From Antedon mediterranea (taxonomy: Eukaryota; Animalia; Echinodermata), in assembly GCF_964355755.1 (NCBI RefSeq), contig NC_092678.1, forward strand, positions 5,410,422-5,474,421: a stretch of DNA of 64,000 nucleotides, written 5' to 3'. Every line of letters starts with the position of its first letter. Positions within the stretch are counted from its first letter, which is position 1. Shown here one piece after another: positions 35,099 through 48,635 of this stretch. The position numbers and the translations under genes are program-made. The notes under the pieces are model-generated. The model worked only from the letters and a program-made list of their open reading frames with translations. It did no database searches and had not been told where the DNA came from.

Positions 35099-38000
35099 AT
35101 GTCACCAGACAACCTAACATTTGCAGACTTCCTTTCAGAATTAGGTAATGTGTATAAAGGTGACAGAATCTTTTGGCTGAAACTGTTGCTATTTAACCAC
35201 TGTTCAGGAGCATTGTTAGGCAAAGATGACATCCCGGCACTTGAGCTCTTTAATGAGCTTGAGGAAAGAGGTTACATTTCTTACAAACCATTGGATGTAG
35301 ACATTCTAGAGGACATTGCTAAAGTAACAAAGCAGAAAGAGGCTTTAGATGTATTAGAGAAGTTTAAAAATGATCAAGTCAACAAGAAAGTCGACAACTT
35401 CACCAAGGGCGAACCAATAACACCATTTCGCAAAAATCTTTATAATGCTTTAAGAAAAAATTCAAAGAAAGTAACAGACATTGCTCCTGCCTACAAACTG
35501 GGACATGAAGAATATAAGAATATTTGGGACTTTGTATTAAAGCTGGAAAAGAACAAACTTCTGGAGGATGTACAGGAATCAAAGGAAAGGTTTGCAAGAC
35601 AACTCAATAAAGATGCAGCAGATATCTTGCTTGGTAATTACACAAAAAATTAAAAATCAATAACGATAATGATATGATCAGATACTGCCGACAGCAGAAT
35701 ACATTCTTAGCCACTGTATAATTTTTAATATTAATACTTGGTAGTAATCATATATAAAAAATAAAAACAATAATATTGTGATAATAAGATAACCTGGTTT
35801 TCATTTTATTGAAGTATGACTAGCAATTGGAACAAAACTACTTTTTCACAGGTAAATCTTCAGGTGTTGATGAACAAGAACAGCCCAAGGCATCCACATC
35901 GCTGTCTGATGAAACAATGGAAAGAGGTATTTAATTTCTTTCAGAATGTAATAAGCCACAATTGCATATTATACTTGAATGAACTGAGGATAACACAAGA
36001 AAGAAAAACATTTGTGGCTGGCATCTCTCATAATATGTAGACAAGCTACAATAACAACAACAAAATGACTCTGTTTCACAGTTGCAACCCGTCATACACA
36101 ATGCATGGCAACCAACAACTATAACTTTATTATTACACATTAACAACTTTTATCCCATAATAATGGTGCTCTGCTCTTTATGCATTTTTTGTCATGCTAA
36201 AGGTTGCTAACAATATAATTTGCTCTGTTTTACAGTTGAGATCTCTCATACAGAAATACAAGACACATCCACATCACAGTCTAAAGGTCTCAACACAGAT
36301 GGTAATCTTTTACATTTTGATGTCAATTAGTATTCCACATCATACATTGCTTTTATTATGCTTTGTTTATATCTGTATAATATTGTTACATTTCTAGATC
36401 TACATGATTTCTTTGTTGTAAGTGATGATGTTGAATGGGAAAAAAGAGTAATAAAGGAGCTGAAAGAAAGAAAACAGGATATTCAATGCCTCAGTCAAGC
36501 AGACTGGAACCCTTCACTTAGTGAGGCAGAAAACATGTCAAAACTTTCTAAAATATGTAAAATGGTATTAGTGGGCTTTACATCAAACCCTATGACAAAT
36601 TTTTCAAAGTATACTGCTAGACTAATGGTTCAACGATGGACTAATTGTTCAAGTATCGAAAAACTAAAACTGATTATAGCAAAAATAAACAGGGATGCAT
36701 TCATACCAGAATTCCTGGAAGTAGTATCTGTTAGCAAAGGTTGGGAAAAGGATTTCTATAGAAAGATCCTCAACACATTACGTGAAGAAGGTAAAGTTAT
36801 TCCATATCTAATAACAATTCTTTTTAATTCGCCATAGTAGACTTCAAAGTCATATTTAATAATATACACATGTTCATCTTGTGGTTATGTTTAAACAAGA
36901 GTATGATTCTATCACAATTGATATTATGATGTTTTTCATATACATTGTGTGTTTAATAAAAAATATGTAATAACTTATTATTTGTATATTTATAGTTATT
37001 GGAGTGATAGTAAAACCCCAGAATTCAGAAAAAGAAAAACCTGTTTATAATTCAAGTGTCAAGAAATTTCCAAATATGAGCAAGTTCTTCGAAAGAAGAT
37101 TCAGAGTCATCTTAAGATGTATTGGAAAGGGATCTATAATCCTTCACCTTGCTGTAAATGATGCCAGCAGTTTGAATAGGTTATGGGAAAGTCATGTCCA
37201 GAAAAAATTAAAGAAATATCTGACGGTGATATTAGATTATTCTATGAATGAATTCGATACAGACATAGATGAGAATGAATACAAGATTGTGCTCAGAAAA
37301 CTAATGGCAAAAGGTATAGTTGATTTTATAGTACAAAGATTTATGTTTTCGATCATTAAAATGTTGTAGTTTGTCCATGTTATTGTTAGTTAGTATCAAA
37401 TTCTTTTATTTAATTTTTTTGTCAGTTTTAAAAGTAAATTAAAACAATTAGTTATATTAAAATTTGCGATTTTAACAATGCACAATCTTAATATTTAATA
37501 TTGATATTAATTAATAAATAATCTTTAATGCAACTTTTTAGATGCACAAAGCAGACAAACTGAAGGTGTCATTGCATTAACCAGTACTGTAAGGTTAGAT
37601 GAACGTGAAATGGCTGTTGCAGTAAGTTTCAAATTCTTCAAAACATTTATTACCTGTCCTCTGTAAAGTGCAACAACCGCCCCACACCTCATCACACCAA
37701 TTACGGTTGAGATTTTTTGGGGGAAGAGGGTTGTATCGTAATTCAATTTCTTCAAAATACAAAGAGTATATATTAACTACAATATTTGTCAGTTCATACA
37801 GTTGAGCATTATGTAAATCACTTTAAAAAACAAAACTGCATTATTATTTTTATATCTTTTATATCCAATGATGTATATCTTGTTCTTTCTTAAAGACATC
37901 TGGAACGTTGGAAAATGAAAAATTCATTGAAACACAAGAGAATAGGAATGAACACTACCAAGTGCAAATACTCTACATTCCAACTATCATTGGAAATACC

Positions 38001-39665
38001 ATGTATGCAGGATGTCACTTTAATCCTCAGAGTGGTTCACAAAACTTCATCACCAATATAATCCACAATATTGTAAAGAATAAAGAAGTCCTTCCACCAG
38101 TTATTGATAAACAGGGTCAATTATTACCGGTAAGGGCATCAGTTACAGGACCAGTAAGAACATCAGTTACAGAACCAGTAAAAACATCAGTTACAGAACG
38201 AGTAAGAACATCAGTTACAGAACCAGTAAGAACATCAGTTACAGAACCAGTAAGAACATCAGTTACAGAACGAGTAAGAACATCAGTTACAGAACCAGTA
38301 AGAACATCAGTTACAGAACCAGTAAGAACATCAGTTACAGAACCGGTAAAGGCATCAGCCACAGGACTGGTAAAGGCATCAGCTACAGAACCGGTAAAGA
38401 CATCCGCTACAGAACCGGTAAAGGAATCAGTTACAGAACCAGTAAATACAAAAACACAAGACTATTGCACATCAAATACCAATGAAAATAATCAAAAGGT
38501 TGAAAGATATCAATATAATCAACAGAATACTCAAATCAAGATAATAAAACAAGTAAGAAAGATCTTTAAAATTGTTGATGATAAATTTACCATTGATAGA
38601 AAAGATACATCTTTGACTGTTACAAAGGGACAGCCATTTACAGTAACGATAACAAATATGGATAAAAATGATGCACGTAAAGTAACAGCTACTCTGATAA
38701 AGCCATCTGGTGAAAAGATTGCCACTGAAGTAAAACACATGGGACGTGGAGAGTACAGAATAAAAGGAAGATGTGATAAGGAAGGTGATTGGAAGATGGA
38801 GATCACTTCTGAAAAAGGGAAAATCAAAGGAACACCTGTGAAAATCAAAGTGGAACCACTAGGACTTGTACATACGATTGACAGCATAAAAGAACACAAA
38901 GTTAATATGGAATACAAAGTATCAGATGTAGTATTACACTCAGACGGTTGCATATTAGTGTCTAGCTGTTGTAATGAGATTATGAAGTTTAATCATTCAG
39001 GTGAATTTGTTGAAAATATTCAATTGGCAAACAATGTTAACGTCAGTAAAATGCATGAAATGTGTAACAGTTATATCATGTATAGCGACACAGAAGGAAA
39101 GAGGGTTGTAATGTGCAATGACAAATTTAAGGAAATCACTCAATTTGGCAAAGAAATAATGGAATTTCCATGTGGTTTGGCAGTGAAAAATGAAGTTCTG
39201 TATGTTGCCGATATGTTTTCTCATTGTGTATTTAAGTTTGATGTTGATGATGGCCTGCCACTGGGTAAGATAGGTTCAAAGGGTACAGAAGAGGGTCAAC
39301 TGTGTTACCCGAGTGATGTCACTTTTACCAAGGAAGGCTATTTGATGGTTACGGACTGTGGTAATCATAGAATACAACTGTTTGACGCAAATGGCACTTC
39401 TGTTAAAATACTTGTGTGCAAAGGTGAAGAAGATGGGAAAGTTATGTACCCTTGTGCAATAGTAATGGACATGGATGAAAACATAATAATAACCAGTATG
39501 AATAAAGTACAATTATTTGATAAAAATGGTGTTTTCATAAAACGAATAGATGGCATAGATGATGGCATTAATAGTCCATGTGGAATCAGTGTAATATCCG
39601 ATAGACCAAGGAGAGTAGCCATTGCAAATGGTGGAAAGAATAATGTGAAAATATTTAATTACTAA
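35099..39665 (+). CDS. Array copy 3 (intact, ~1078 aa): DED-DED, TIR, TRADD-N-like, Thr/Ser/Pro repeat stalk, filamin, NHL
   Basis: Exons 35099-35633, 35852-35926, 36236-36301, 36398-36790, 36996-37313, 37542-37621 and 37896-39665 total 3237 nt, in frame with canonical splice sites. Confidence 0.82.
38127..38444 (+). repeat. Coding 24-bp tandem repeat (PVRTSVTE) x13
   Basis: CCAGTAAGAACATCAGTTACAGAA units inside the terminal exon of copy 3. Confidence 0.95.
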
Positions 39666-40229
39666 ACAACCAAACTATTTTAAAAAATCACTTCACCTTG
39701 AATCATATGTAAATATGAAACATTATTTATCCTGCTGCAATTGCTGTAATCTTAGAATAATATATAATATTTTAAACATTCACTGATAATAACCAAGAAA
39801 CTTTAATAATGCAATATGCAATATTTGTACTACTCTACATGTAATATAATGTATAATCAAATATTAAATTCATATTTTTCTGTTTTATCTAAAAATGACA
39901 CGACTATTTATATGTTATTTATATTTTAGTCATAGGGAATGTAGCGAAAAGTTTATAATGAAACCAGTAATTAGTTGGAAAAAGTAATATAAAATAAAGC
40001 CATAAGGTACAAAATATGCTTTGTGAACTGATATGTGATCTTTTAGTTGTGCGTCTTTAGTGAGCAATTAGTAAGGTCTACAGTAATAGATGAGCATACG
40101 AAACAGCATAAATACTACCTTGTGAACAGATAGGCACACTCCTATACATGTTAAGACAAACAAATAACTGACACCGCTACATACAGTTGTTGGATTACTT
40201 CACTCTACTTTAGTTAGTTAGTGTCCTTA

Positions 40230-43200
40230 CCTTCTTTTTGCTGGTAGGGTTGACAATGACAGACTGTTTCATCGGTGATTTCACTTCTATTTTAACATTA
40301 ACAAGACTGTAGCTTGCCAGTTGCTGCAGGACTGGTTCACCAGGTGCTGTTTCTACTGGTAACAATTTTAGTGGCTGAATATCAATCAATGACTTCACAT
40401 CTGAAAGTAAATGGTCAATACATTTTCTGTCAGTAGATCAATCAATTATGATATTAATTTTTTAGGCTATACAATTTACTTGAATTACAAAATAATTGAT
40501 TGGTCGCGTAAAATAAATTCATCATTACTATTTCTGAAAAAAAGGCAAACATCTACTCACCATATAATTATTCTTTAAAGATGAGCTTGATCAACAATGT
40601 GCTGCAACAAGCATTAGGCTAATTAACTAAAATATACAATTACAATATGCAGTGTTCTCTTTATTGATCCAATTGTTCAATCACTCTTGGTCAATGTTTT
40701 AAACTCAAAGTGTTTATTTAATTCCTGTTATGAGTCAAGTTATTCCTGTAAATCTTGATGGCAAAAACTGCTTCAGAGAACACTGGTATCAGGTCACTTT
40801 ACACACAACAAAACTACAATTTTAGGTCCATTTTCCTTTATAATTATATACTTATTACAAATATTAATAAACAAAAACAGTATTAAGTGTATCATGAATT
40901 AATTGTTATGAATGCAAAATATGCATTTTATAATCAACTTAAGTAATAGCATACCAAGTGGTTGTGTGTAAATTGCTCATTTACACAATTCGGTATAAAG
41001 AAATACAGTATGTACAGTACACTATTGGAAAAGAGTAGGAATCATCTGGCGGTATGCTGATCATGGTCATGTGCACTGGGGTCTCTGGGAGGACAGTCTT
41101 TTACTGAAGATGTCCCCCAGTATAAAGAAACAAATAAAAACAATTACATAAAGTTAAATAGATTATACAACCTCAGAATATGGTATTTAGTATTCTGATT
41201 GTTATGAAAGCAGTAGTTATAATTTTCATTCAAAATAAAAAAGTTTGTCTTTTTATTGCACTGCACATGGAACATGGAAAATTATAAATATATGTACAAA
41301 TACACTAATTAATTCTTGACAAGAAAAACAATTCTTTTGTATGATATGGTTTTTTGGCAAACACACTTAAAAATTGCGGTGCATGTCATTCAGGAGAATT
41401 ATACAAAAATAAACATTTTTACAAGTAGGATACCAAAACGTTTGGTGTTGGAATATTCCTTTCAAGCTCATCATGATGGATGATTCTTCTTCTCATCTCT
41501 GGAAATCTTTCCATCAGTAAATGTTCTTCCAGTGGTGAAGGCGTCAGTCTGGCTGTTGGATGAAATGGCTTGAGCAAAACAAATCTAGAAGTGCATAAAA
41601 CAAACAAAAAGCAATGAAGTTTCACCACATAAATTCAGTTTTGTTGTGAGTGATGATGATAATATGTTGATGATGATGATGATAATGTTGATGGTAGCCA
41701 TAGTGATGATGATCCTTCTCATAAAGATAAAAATATGAATAGTAACTAATTGATACAAGTCATACTTGGCCTTGTTTGGGATGGATTGAGGTGTGTGAGG
41801 GCGCCGTACAAGCATTGGTCCTGATGTCCCATCAGCCTTCTCAAACATCTCTTTGTTTGAGCTTCTCAATATTTTTGGGTGTTTATTTAGACGAAACCTG
41901 AAAAACAATTTACAATTTTACTCAGTAAACTGGAACACAAACGAGGATGAAGAGATGAAATTTCAAAGCATATAGGATAAATGACATAAGACAGGAAATA
42001 CAGTATTGTGTGAATGATGACATCATATTACACACAGTAATAAATAGTTTGTACTGAGCATGCTCAAAAGTAGAAAACACATCCATACCTGTATGCCATT
42101 TCTTGACTCAGATCATTTGTTTCTTTATAGTGTTTAGGTTGTGGTGGTGTACCAGGACGTGCTTTCATTGCTGGTGACTGATATTTCTTAAATAGATCAA
42201 GTGAACTATCTGAACGTGTTAGGCAATCTGTAGAATAGTGTAAAAAACTTGTATTATTGCTTAGATTAATATGACATTGAAACAAAATACACTATTATAA
42301 AATTCCAAATAAATTTCAAATAAACTGTAAAATTCTAGAGTAAAAAAAAAACTCACACGTATTAGTTTGGTCAGGGATATCAGATGAGCCACTACGATGG
42401 CCCTTAAGTGCCTTCTGACGCTGTATTAGATGAGCCTCCTGCTCAGAGATGTCACCTGCGCAATTATGATGGCCCAGAAGTGACTTTCGTCGTTGCCTAA
42501 GATGCTCCTCCATTATTTGACGTTTTTCAAATGCAAAACGAGCACGTTCTGCTTTTTTTAAACGAAGTAGTTGATTCCTAAATTTTAAAAGAAAAACATT
42601 TTAAAACTTAGCTTACATAAGTAAAATTTAAATAAACTAACGCCGTATTCTTAAACCGGACTTTAGTCGTAGTTCGAGCTAAAACTATAAAAATGACATC
42701 ATTTTAATTCATAAACCGAACTTCAACTAAATCGCCGACTAGTTCACGCCAACCTCGACTAAATCGAGACGAATTTTGATTGATTTTTTTAGTCCTGGAG
42801 GGGGCAGGCTAAATGGTCGACTAAATAGTTATTAAACGATGTTTATGAAAACCGTAACAGTCATTGAGTTGTTATATTGGCCATATATTGAAAAATGAAA
42901 TATCTATTTTTATATTAGCTTAATTAAGTATACATTGGTATAAGTTGTAATAATGAAAATAATCTTTATTTACAACCGTATACAAATTACATTATTTTCT
43001 TCGCGCAAGTCCGACTTGAACTACGTCACGCCATAGCGACAATGGCAGATGCGGAAATTCACCACGCGATGGAATGTTTAAGGGGCCTAGCGTTTTCTTG
43101 TCACGCGATGAAGTGCGTGGTTCATCGCGATCATACTTTATTGGTGGCCTAGAAAATATAAAAGTTACCGTACCGCCATGGTTCCTGAATATATTTTGAA

Positions 43201-46200
43201 TATTTTGTTTGTTGTTAATCAAAAGTACTTCACTGTTAAATTGATACTGATCTTGTTCTAATAATTAATGATTAAAATTACTTTTCATGTATATAGTCCT
43301 GATGCGTAAAAAGTGTTGTAAGAAAATGGAAAGTGATATCAATGCGCAAAATTTCGTCTGCTCCTCAAATACTCTCTTGTCATTGGCCAATGAATAGCCT
43401 TTGTTACCCAGACGTGTGCAACTCGACTAAAAGCTCGACTTCATTAAGTCGAACTGCAAACTTCGACTACTTCGTTTTTTAATCGAATTTGAAGTAATAG
43501 CTCGAACTACGACTTTTTCAAGTCGAACTTCGAACTACGACTAAAGTCCGGTTTAAGAATACGGGCGTAAACGTTTTTATTAGAAAAAGTAAATGTACCT
43601 ACCTCTCTATCATCCTATCTTGCCAGTTGTCATCAAACCTTGTTCCATCGTTTCTTAATAAATCAACAGGACTTCTGTATAAATAACAAAAAGCTCATTT
43701 ATTTCATATTTTAATATCAATCCGTCTGGAAATCTTTTCATAGCATATGGGTACTATTTGTATTTATCCTCATTACTTTACAAAAAGTAAAACCAATATA
43801 GATTATGTTAACTGCATACTGCTTTTTTAGGAATTACATGTGTACAAAAAACCTTACTTTACTAGTGTCATCAACTCACCCTGGCAAACTGATATTTCGT
43901 TGTAAGTAATGCGAATCAAATGACATCTTGAAGACAAAAAAAGACAAAATCATATTTTTTTTTTTTTAAAGAAAAAACATATTTTATTTTATTATACATA
44001 TATATTTACTAATCTTGAATGTTTCTCTCAGGCAAATTAGTATTTCTCTCTGACTGTTTATTTAACCTTTTTGTTTTTCCCACAGCATAGTGTAATCCAG
44101 TAAATTATTATTAATTACTATTATTATTAACAGATATAAATCTTACATCATCCTGTAAGGCATAAAGATCTCCTGTCGCAACTGTATGAGGGCGCTCTAA
44201 AGAATATCGTCTTCCTTTAATAAAGAAAAATAATTTATGATGATTAATTAAAAACATACTTATAAGAATATTTTATAACTTGTTTCATGATTTTGTTAAC
44301 TACACAAAATGTTTCATATTATCTTTCATTTAAAAAATAAAGTATTTAAAGGGTTACTGTTTCCATATTCCGCTGTGTTTGGTCTCGCAATTGTCCCGTC
44401 ATCTACGGTAGATTTCAAACACATGTTCATGTCAGAGAACAATGGATGAATAAGACTTTCTTTTGACCTTCCTCTGACCCCACTTTCTTCTTCAAAATAC
44501 GATTGCTCATCTGTACTCTGTTGTTGCAATCTTATTAATGATTTTAAGCCTTTAGACTCCTTAAGTCTTCTAGAAGTGTTCTTTTTCTCATCCCTAGATT
44601 CTTCTATTAAATACTCTTCTTCATCTAAGTTTGGATCATCTGTATCTATACAGCTAGGCTTATACCCTGCAGGGGTTGCTCTACTCGAGATGGCAGAGCT
44701 TGTATGGTACTCAGTGCTTGTTGTGACAGAGGCTGAGCTAGGCCTGCTTTCTTCTTTACTAATTGACTTCCTTGATGCTTTATGAAGACTGTACTTCTCA
44801 GTGATGGAAAGTCTTGAGGCTGCTTTTAAAAATGACATACTTCCTACAATTGAAAGTATAAAATATAATATATTTATAGCTATATATACTGTATGCACGA
44901 TGAATATTTGTTAAAATGATCCACTGTCTCTTTTAGCTGTAAAACTTGTATATGTTCTCTAAACCTAAGCTAGTCAATTCACTGTCTTTATTTAAGGAGA
45001 TACACAGTGCATCTTCAAATTCCAAGTTCCATACCTGTATCTTTTGATTTCTTTGTGTCTGCTTCTTCTTTCTGCTTTCCTTCAAATCTTCCATCTTTCA
45101 GTAACTTATCTTTTGATTTTCTTTTATCATTTAAATTCCTCTTTTGTTTTAATCCTTTTCTCTCTGTTGAATCCTCCTGGTTTATTTGTTTCTCTGTCAT
45201 TTTTGATTTCTTCCCTTTCTCCATCTTCTCTCCATATGGTAACCTATCGTTACTCTTTGCACTTGAAGGATGTCCTACTTTTAATTTCCCATCAGGAATG
45301 CTTATCACTGAGATGACATCAGATTCCTTTCCCTTAAAAGGGAAATAAAAACAACATCAAGACTTTAACCTCTGTCTACACTATCAAAGTTTATGTGAAA
45401 AAAAATGTAATATCATATTTGGGCATATCAATACAATATTTGGGCACATCACACCTTTTTTGTCAAACTAGTTTGATAGTTGAGACAGAGCTTAAATCGC
45501 CACTAGACAGAAAATCAAATATTTACCTCAGTACCACTAGCAGATGAAGGTTTCAGTTTCCACACATCAGTAGTAGCATCACTCTCAGCTTCTCTGCTAC
45601 TGTCCAATACAAGCGCAGCCCCAACTCCCTCTGCCTCTGGTGAGGTCTGTGACTTAAGCTCAAGTGCCAGGCCAGCTTGGCTTCCTGATGCTGGCTGAGC
45701 TACATCTGATGACACATGGAGAGCAATATCTGATTCAACAATTGCTTCTTTAGCTTCACTTTCATCTGCCTTTGTATATGTGTCATTTTTAGTAATCTGT
45801 TTACAAAATACAAATATATACAAATAAAATGTGTATGGATTAATTATATAAAAACCTATTTAAACTATACTACTGTTTGTAATACAATAAAAAAAAAAGG
45901 TAATATTTATACATACTTATTTAAAAACCACATTCAAACAGAGTTGATCCATAGAGTCCCTTACATTTATTGGGACAGATGATTCACTATTCAATGTCAT
46001 CATCTTCCTTTACTGTTCAGAACTTGAGTATAATCCCAACAGGGAGATTTAAATCTTGCTGGTCACACACAGGTGGATATTAGGAACTTTTAGATGGAAT
46101 AAATTACAAAAAACCTCTTTCCTTTTCTAAAATATATACAAATGACATACCTTCCTTTGGTTAGTTGACTGTGAATTCTGTAGATCACCTGACACTGTAG

Positions 46201-46850
46201 ATACTGTCTGTTTGGATCTTGTTTTGTTCTTTGCTAGTGTCCTAGTACCTTTTTGTGTCTTCTTCAGAATAACTCGCTTAGAGGCTGAACTGGGTTTCTA
46301 CAATTAATTAATTATCTGTATATTATTCTTCGCAAGGTAAGGTGAATGCAACGCCTAACTAGGCAGGCTTATTACATAAAGGAGGCCTAGCTACCCGACC
46401 CAGCAGTAGATATTCTACTTGTTATTGGCTATATAATATAACAGATATCACCTTTTATATCGGTAAAATATAGGATTTGATATTCCCTCGGGAATGATAT
46501 TTTGTTCGAGAGAATATATATTTCCCTCTAACAAAATATCATTCCCTCAGGGATATCAAATCTTATATTTAACCTTTAACTGTATAATATAAGATGATAA
46601 TTTTGATTAGAGCTTGTGTATACAAAACAAGTCTTACTTCATTTATCTTGGTTTCTGTATCACTTGTCTGGTGACTAACAGCCTATTTAAAATTTAAAGA
46701 AAATTAAGATAATGTCATGTAGATTTAGTCATGTTCACAAATTATAATAATTAATATAATTATATTTGATTAGTACTAAGAATGAGAGTTGTTTCTGGCC
46801 ACACACATTAACAAAACTCATGGAACAGAAGTCTCCATTTTGGTGCTACC
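40230..46850 (-). CDS. Multi-exon minus-strand gene (partial) encoding a charged, low-complexity protein of unknown function
   Basis: Open exons with minus-strand AG/GT sites, e.g. 45527-45796, 44358-44843, 42357-42577 (NQLLRLKKAERARFAFEKRQIMEEHLRQRR), 41766-41897 and ~40230-40400. No recognisable domain; start and end not resolved. Confidence 0.55.
42641..43567. mobile_element. PIF/Harbinger-type (Tourist-like) MITE
   Basis: ~37-bp TIRs CGCCGTATTCTTAAACCGGACTTTAGTCGTAGTTCGA, TAA on both flanks. Confidence 0.85.
45368..45492. mobile_element. Small palindromic MITE
   Basis: CTCTGTCTACACTATCAAA ... TTTGATAGTTGAGACAGAG inverted ends in TTAA/TAA context. Confidence 0.65.
46432..46592. mobile_element. 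Palindromic MITE-like repeat
   Basis: GATTTGATATTCCCTCGGGAATGATATTTTGTT mirrored by AACAAAATATCATTCCCTCAGGGATATCAAATC. Confidence 0.55.
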
Positions 46851-47309
46851 TGTGGAAAAAGTCACAGTTTTTAATTGTCATGAATTTAAATGCCTATTAA
46901 TTTTGTATGGTACATATATGTGAATGGACTAAGATAAAAATTCAAACATGAGATGTTTATCTTGAAATATTCTAATAATTAATAATAAATGTGAAATGTA
47001 TTGACAGAAAACAAACAAAAATGGTGGGTATACAAACATGCAGATATATATTCAGAATTAATATTGATGTTTGTTATATTGATGTTTTTTAAACACAATG
47101 TTGTACTCGGCACCTCATTGAAAATTTAGAATCCATTGTGAACTGTACCTATTTCATTAAGTAAATAAAGTATTTTGCATTAAATAAACATAAATTGGCA
47201 CAAAGTATACATAATACAATTTCAAAACGGTACTAAATGCCATAAAGTGTAAATATTCCAGACTAGAAGTACTGTATGAAATACATCATTTTCCATAATA
47301 TAAATAGCA

Positions 47310-47319
47310 GGGAATTTCC
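47310..47319 (+). promoter_or_regulatory. NF-kappaB consensus site GGGAATTTCC upstream of copy 4
   Basis: Same TATAAATAG..GGGAATTTCCAG context; first-exon donor at 47453. Confidence 0.6.
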
Positions 47320-48140
47320 AGTTTGTAAAGCTTCTGCTATTTTGAGGCGTACCTTTACGGTCGGAAAGGTAGAATGTATTGTGGATAGATTAATACTCAA
47401 TGTACTGTATTCCTGGCAACGATTCTGAGCGGAAGTGAAATTGAAACCAGCGGTAAGTAATATGCAATTGGTGTAGAAATTAATGATCTCTGCAACATTC
47501 TCTAATAAAATATATATATATATATATATATAGAGGGTTTGACAATTCAGATCAAATGTAAAGTCAAAAAGAATACTAGTGTTTTGTAAGGAGCAATTAA
47601 TAAATGTATCACCACCTTATTTTAGGTGCAAAAACTGTTAAGTTTGTAAATATTTGGTGATCCACCACAGTCACACTATCTGTTTATTCTAATCTAAATT
47701 GGCAGCAATCAGGGCGTAATTGTAAATATATAAACTTAATTTGTTTACTATTATTTTGAATTACTGTTAAATAAAGTTAAATTTATTTTTTATGGGAAAG
47801 TGAACTTAGTAACCTTAACATTTCTCACTCTGTCAATTAATTTGCATAACAAAACATTACAGTTCTACCATACCTCCCTGGTTCTACTACCCATTTGACT
47901 TCTAGAAACCATAAATTATTTGTATTGTATATTAGATATTCTAATATCCATTTAAATTCAAGCAACCATAAATTCTTTGTATTGTATTTTAGATGATTAT
48001 ACAGACTTAGTTATTCACGCCTTAGTGGATACTACAGCAACATTTTTAAGCATACTTGCTTATAACACTATATTTGTAACTTGGGGAATTTACAACTATT
48101 GTCAATTTCTAGGTAGTGGCATTATGAAACTGTTTATCAT

Positions 48141-48400
48141 TTCTATTCTATTCTATTCAGGTTTTTATATGGCGCCCTACAAAGAACAGAGCGCCTAACA
48201 ATACTTAGTAATTAATTTAAAAGAAAAGTTTTATTAAGTTGACGTTTAAATACAGGAAGCACGTTCCAGATCCGCGGAGCAGTGGCAGAACAAGCATTGT
48301 CACCAGCTTTCCGATTAGGTCATGGAACGAAAAGTCGGGTAGGACCATTAGAGGAGCGAAGTCGACAACTGTAATTAAATGAAAGCTGATCACGGTTAAA
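48141..48400 (-). mobile_element. 3' fragment of a CR1/L2-type LINE
   Basis: Minus strand reads GDNACSATAPRIWN (RT C-terminal G.RAFS..APRLWN-like) and ends in a (GAATA)n tail. Confidence 0.55.
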
Positions 48401-48635
48401 CTTAATTAAATCAAATTTGAGGTACAAAAGAAAAACAGAGTAAATACATTTATAAACAAAAACATTAATTTTATACAATATTTTTTTTATGGAGATCTTT
48501 CAATAAACCACCATCAGAGGACTGATCCCGTCCACACGCAAAGACCAGCCGCGCCGTCTAATCGTCGTCACTGTATTATTGACTTTATAATTGTCATACT
48601 ATTTTAATAATTCTTTATTTTTACTATTCCAGAAA

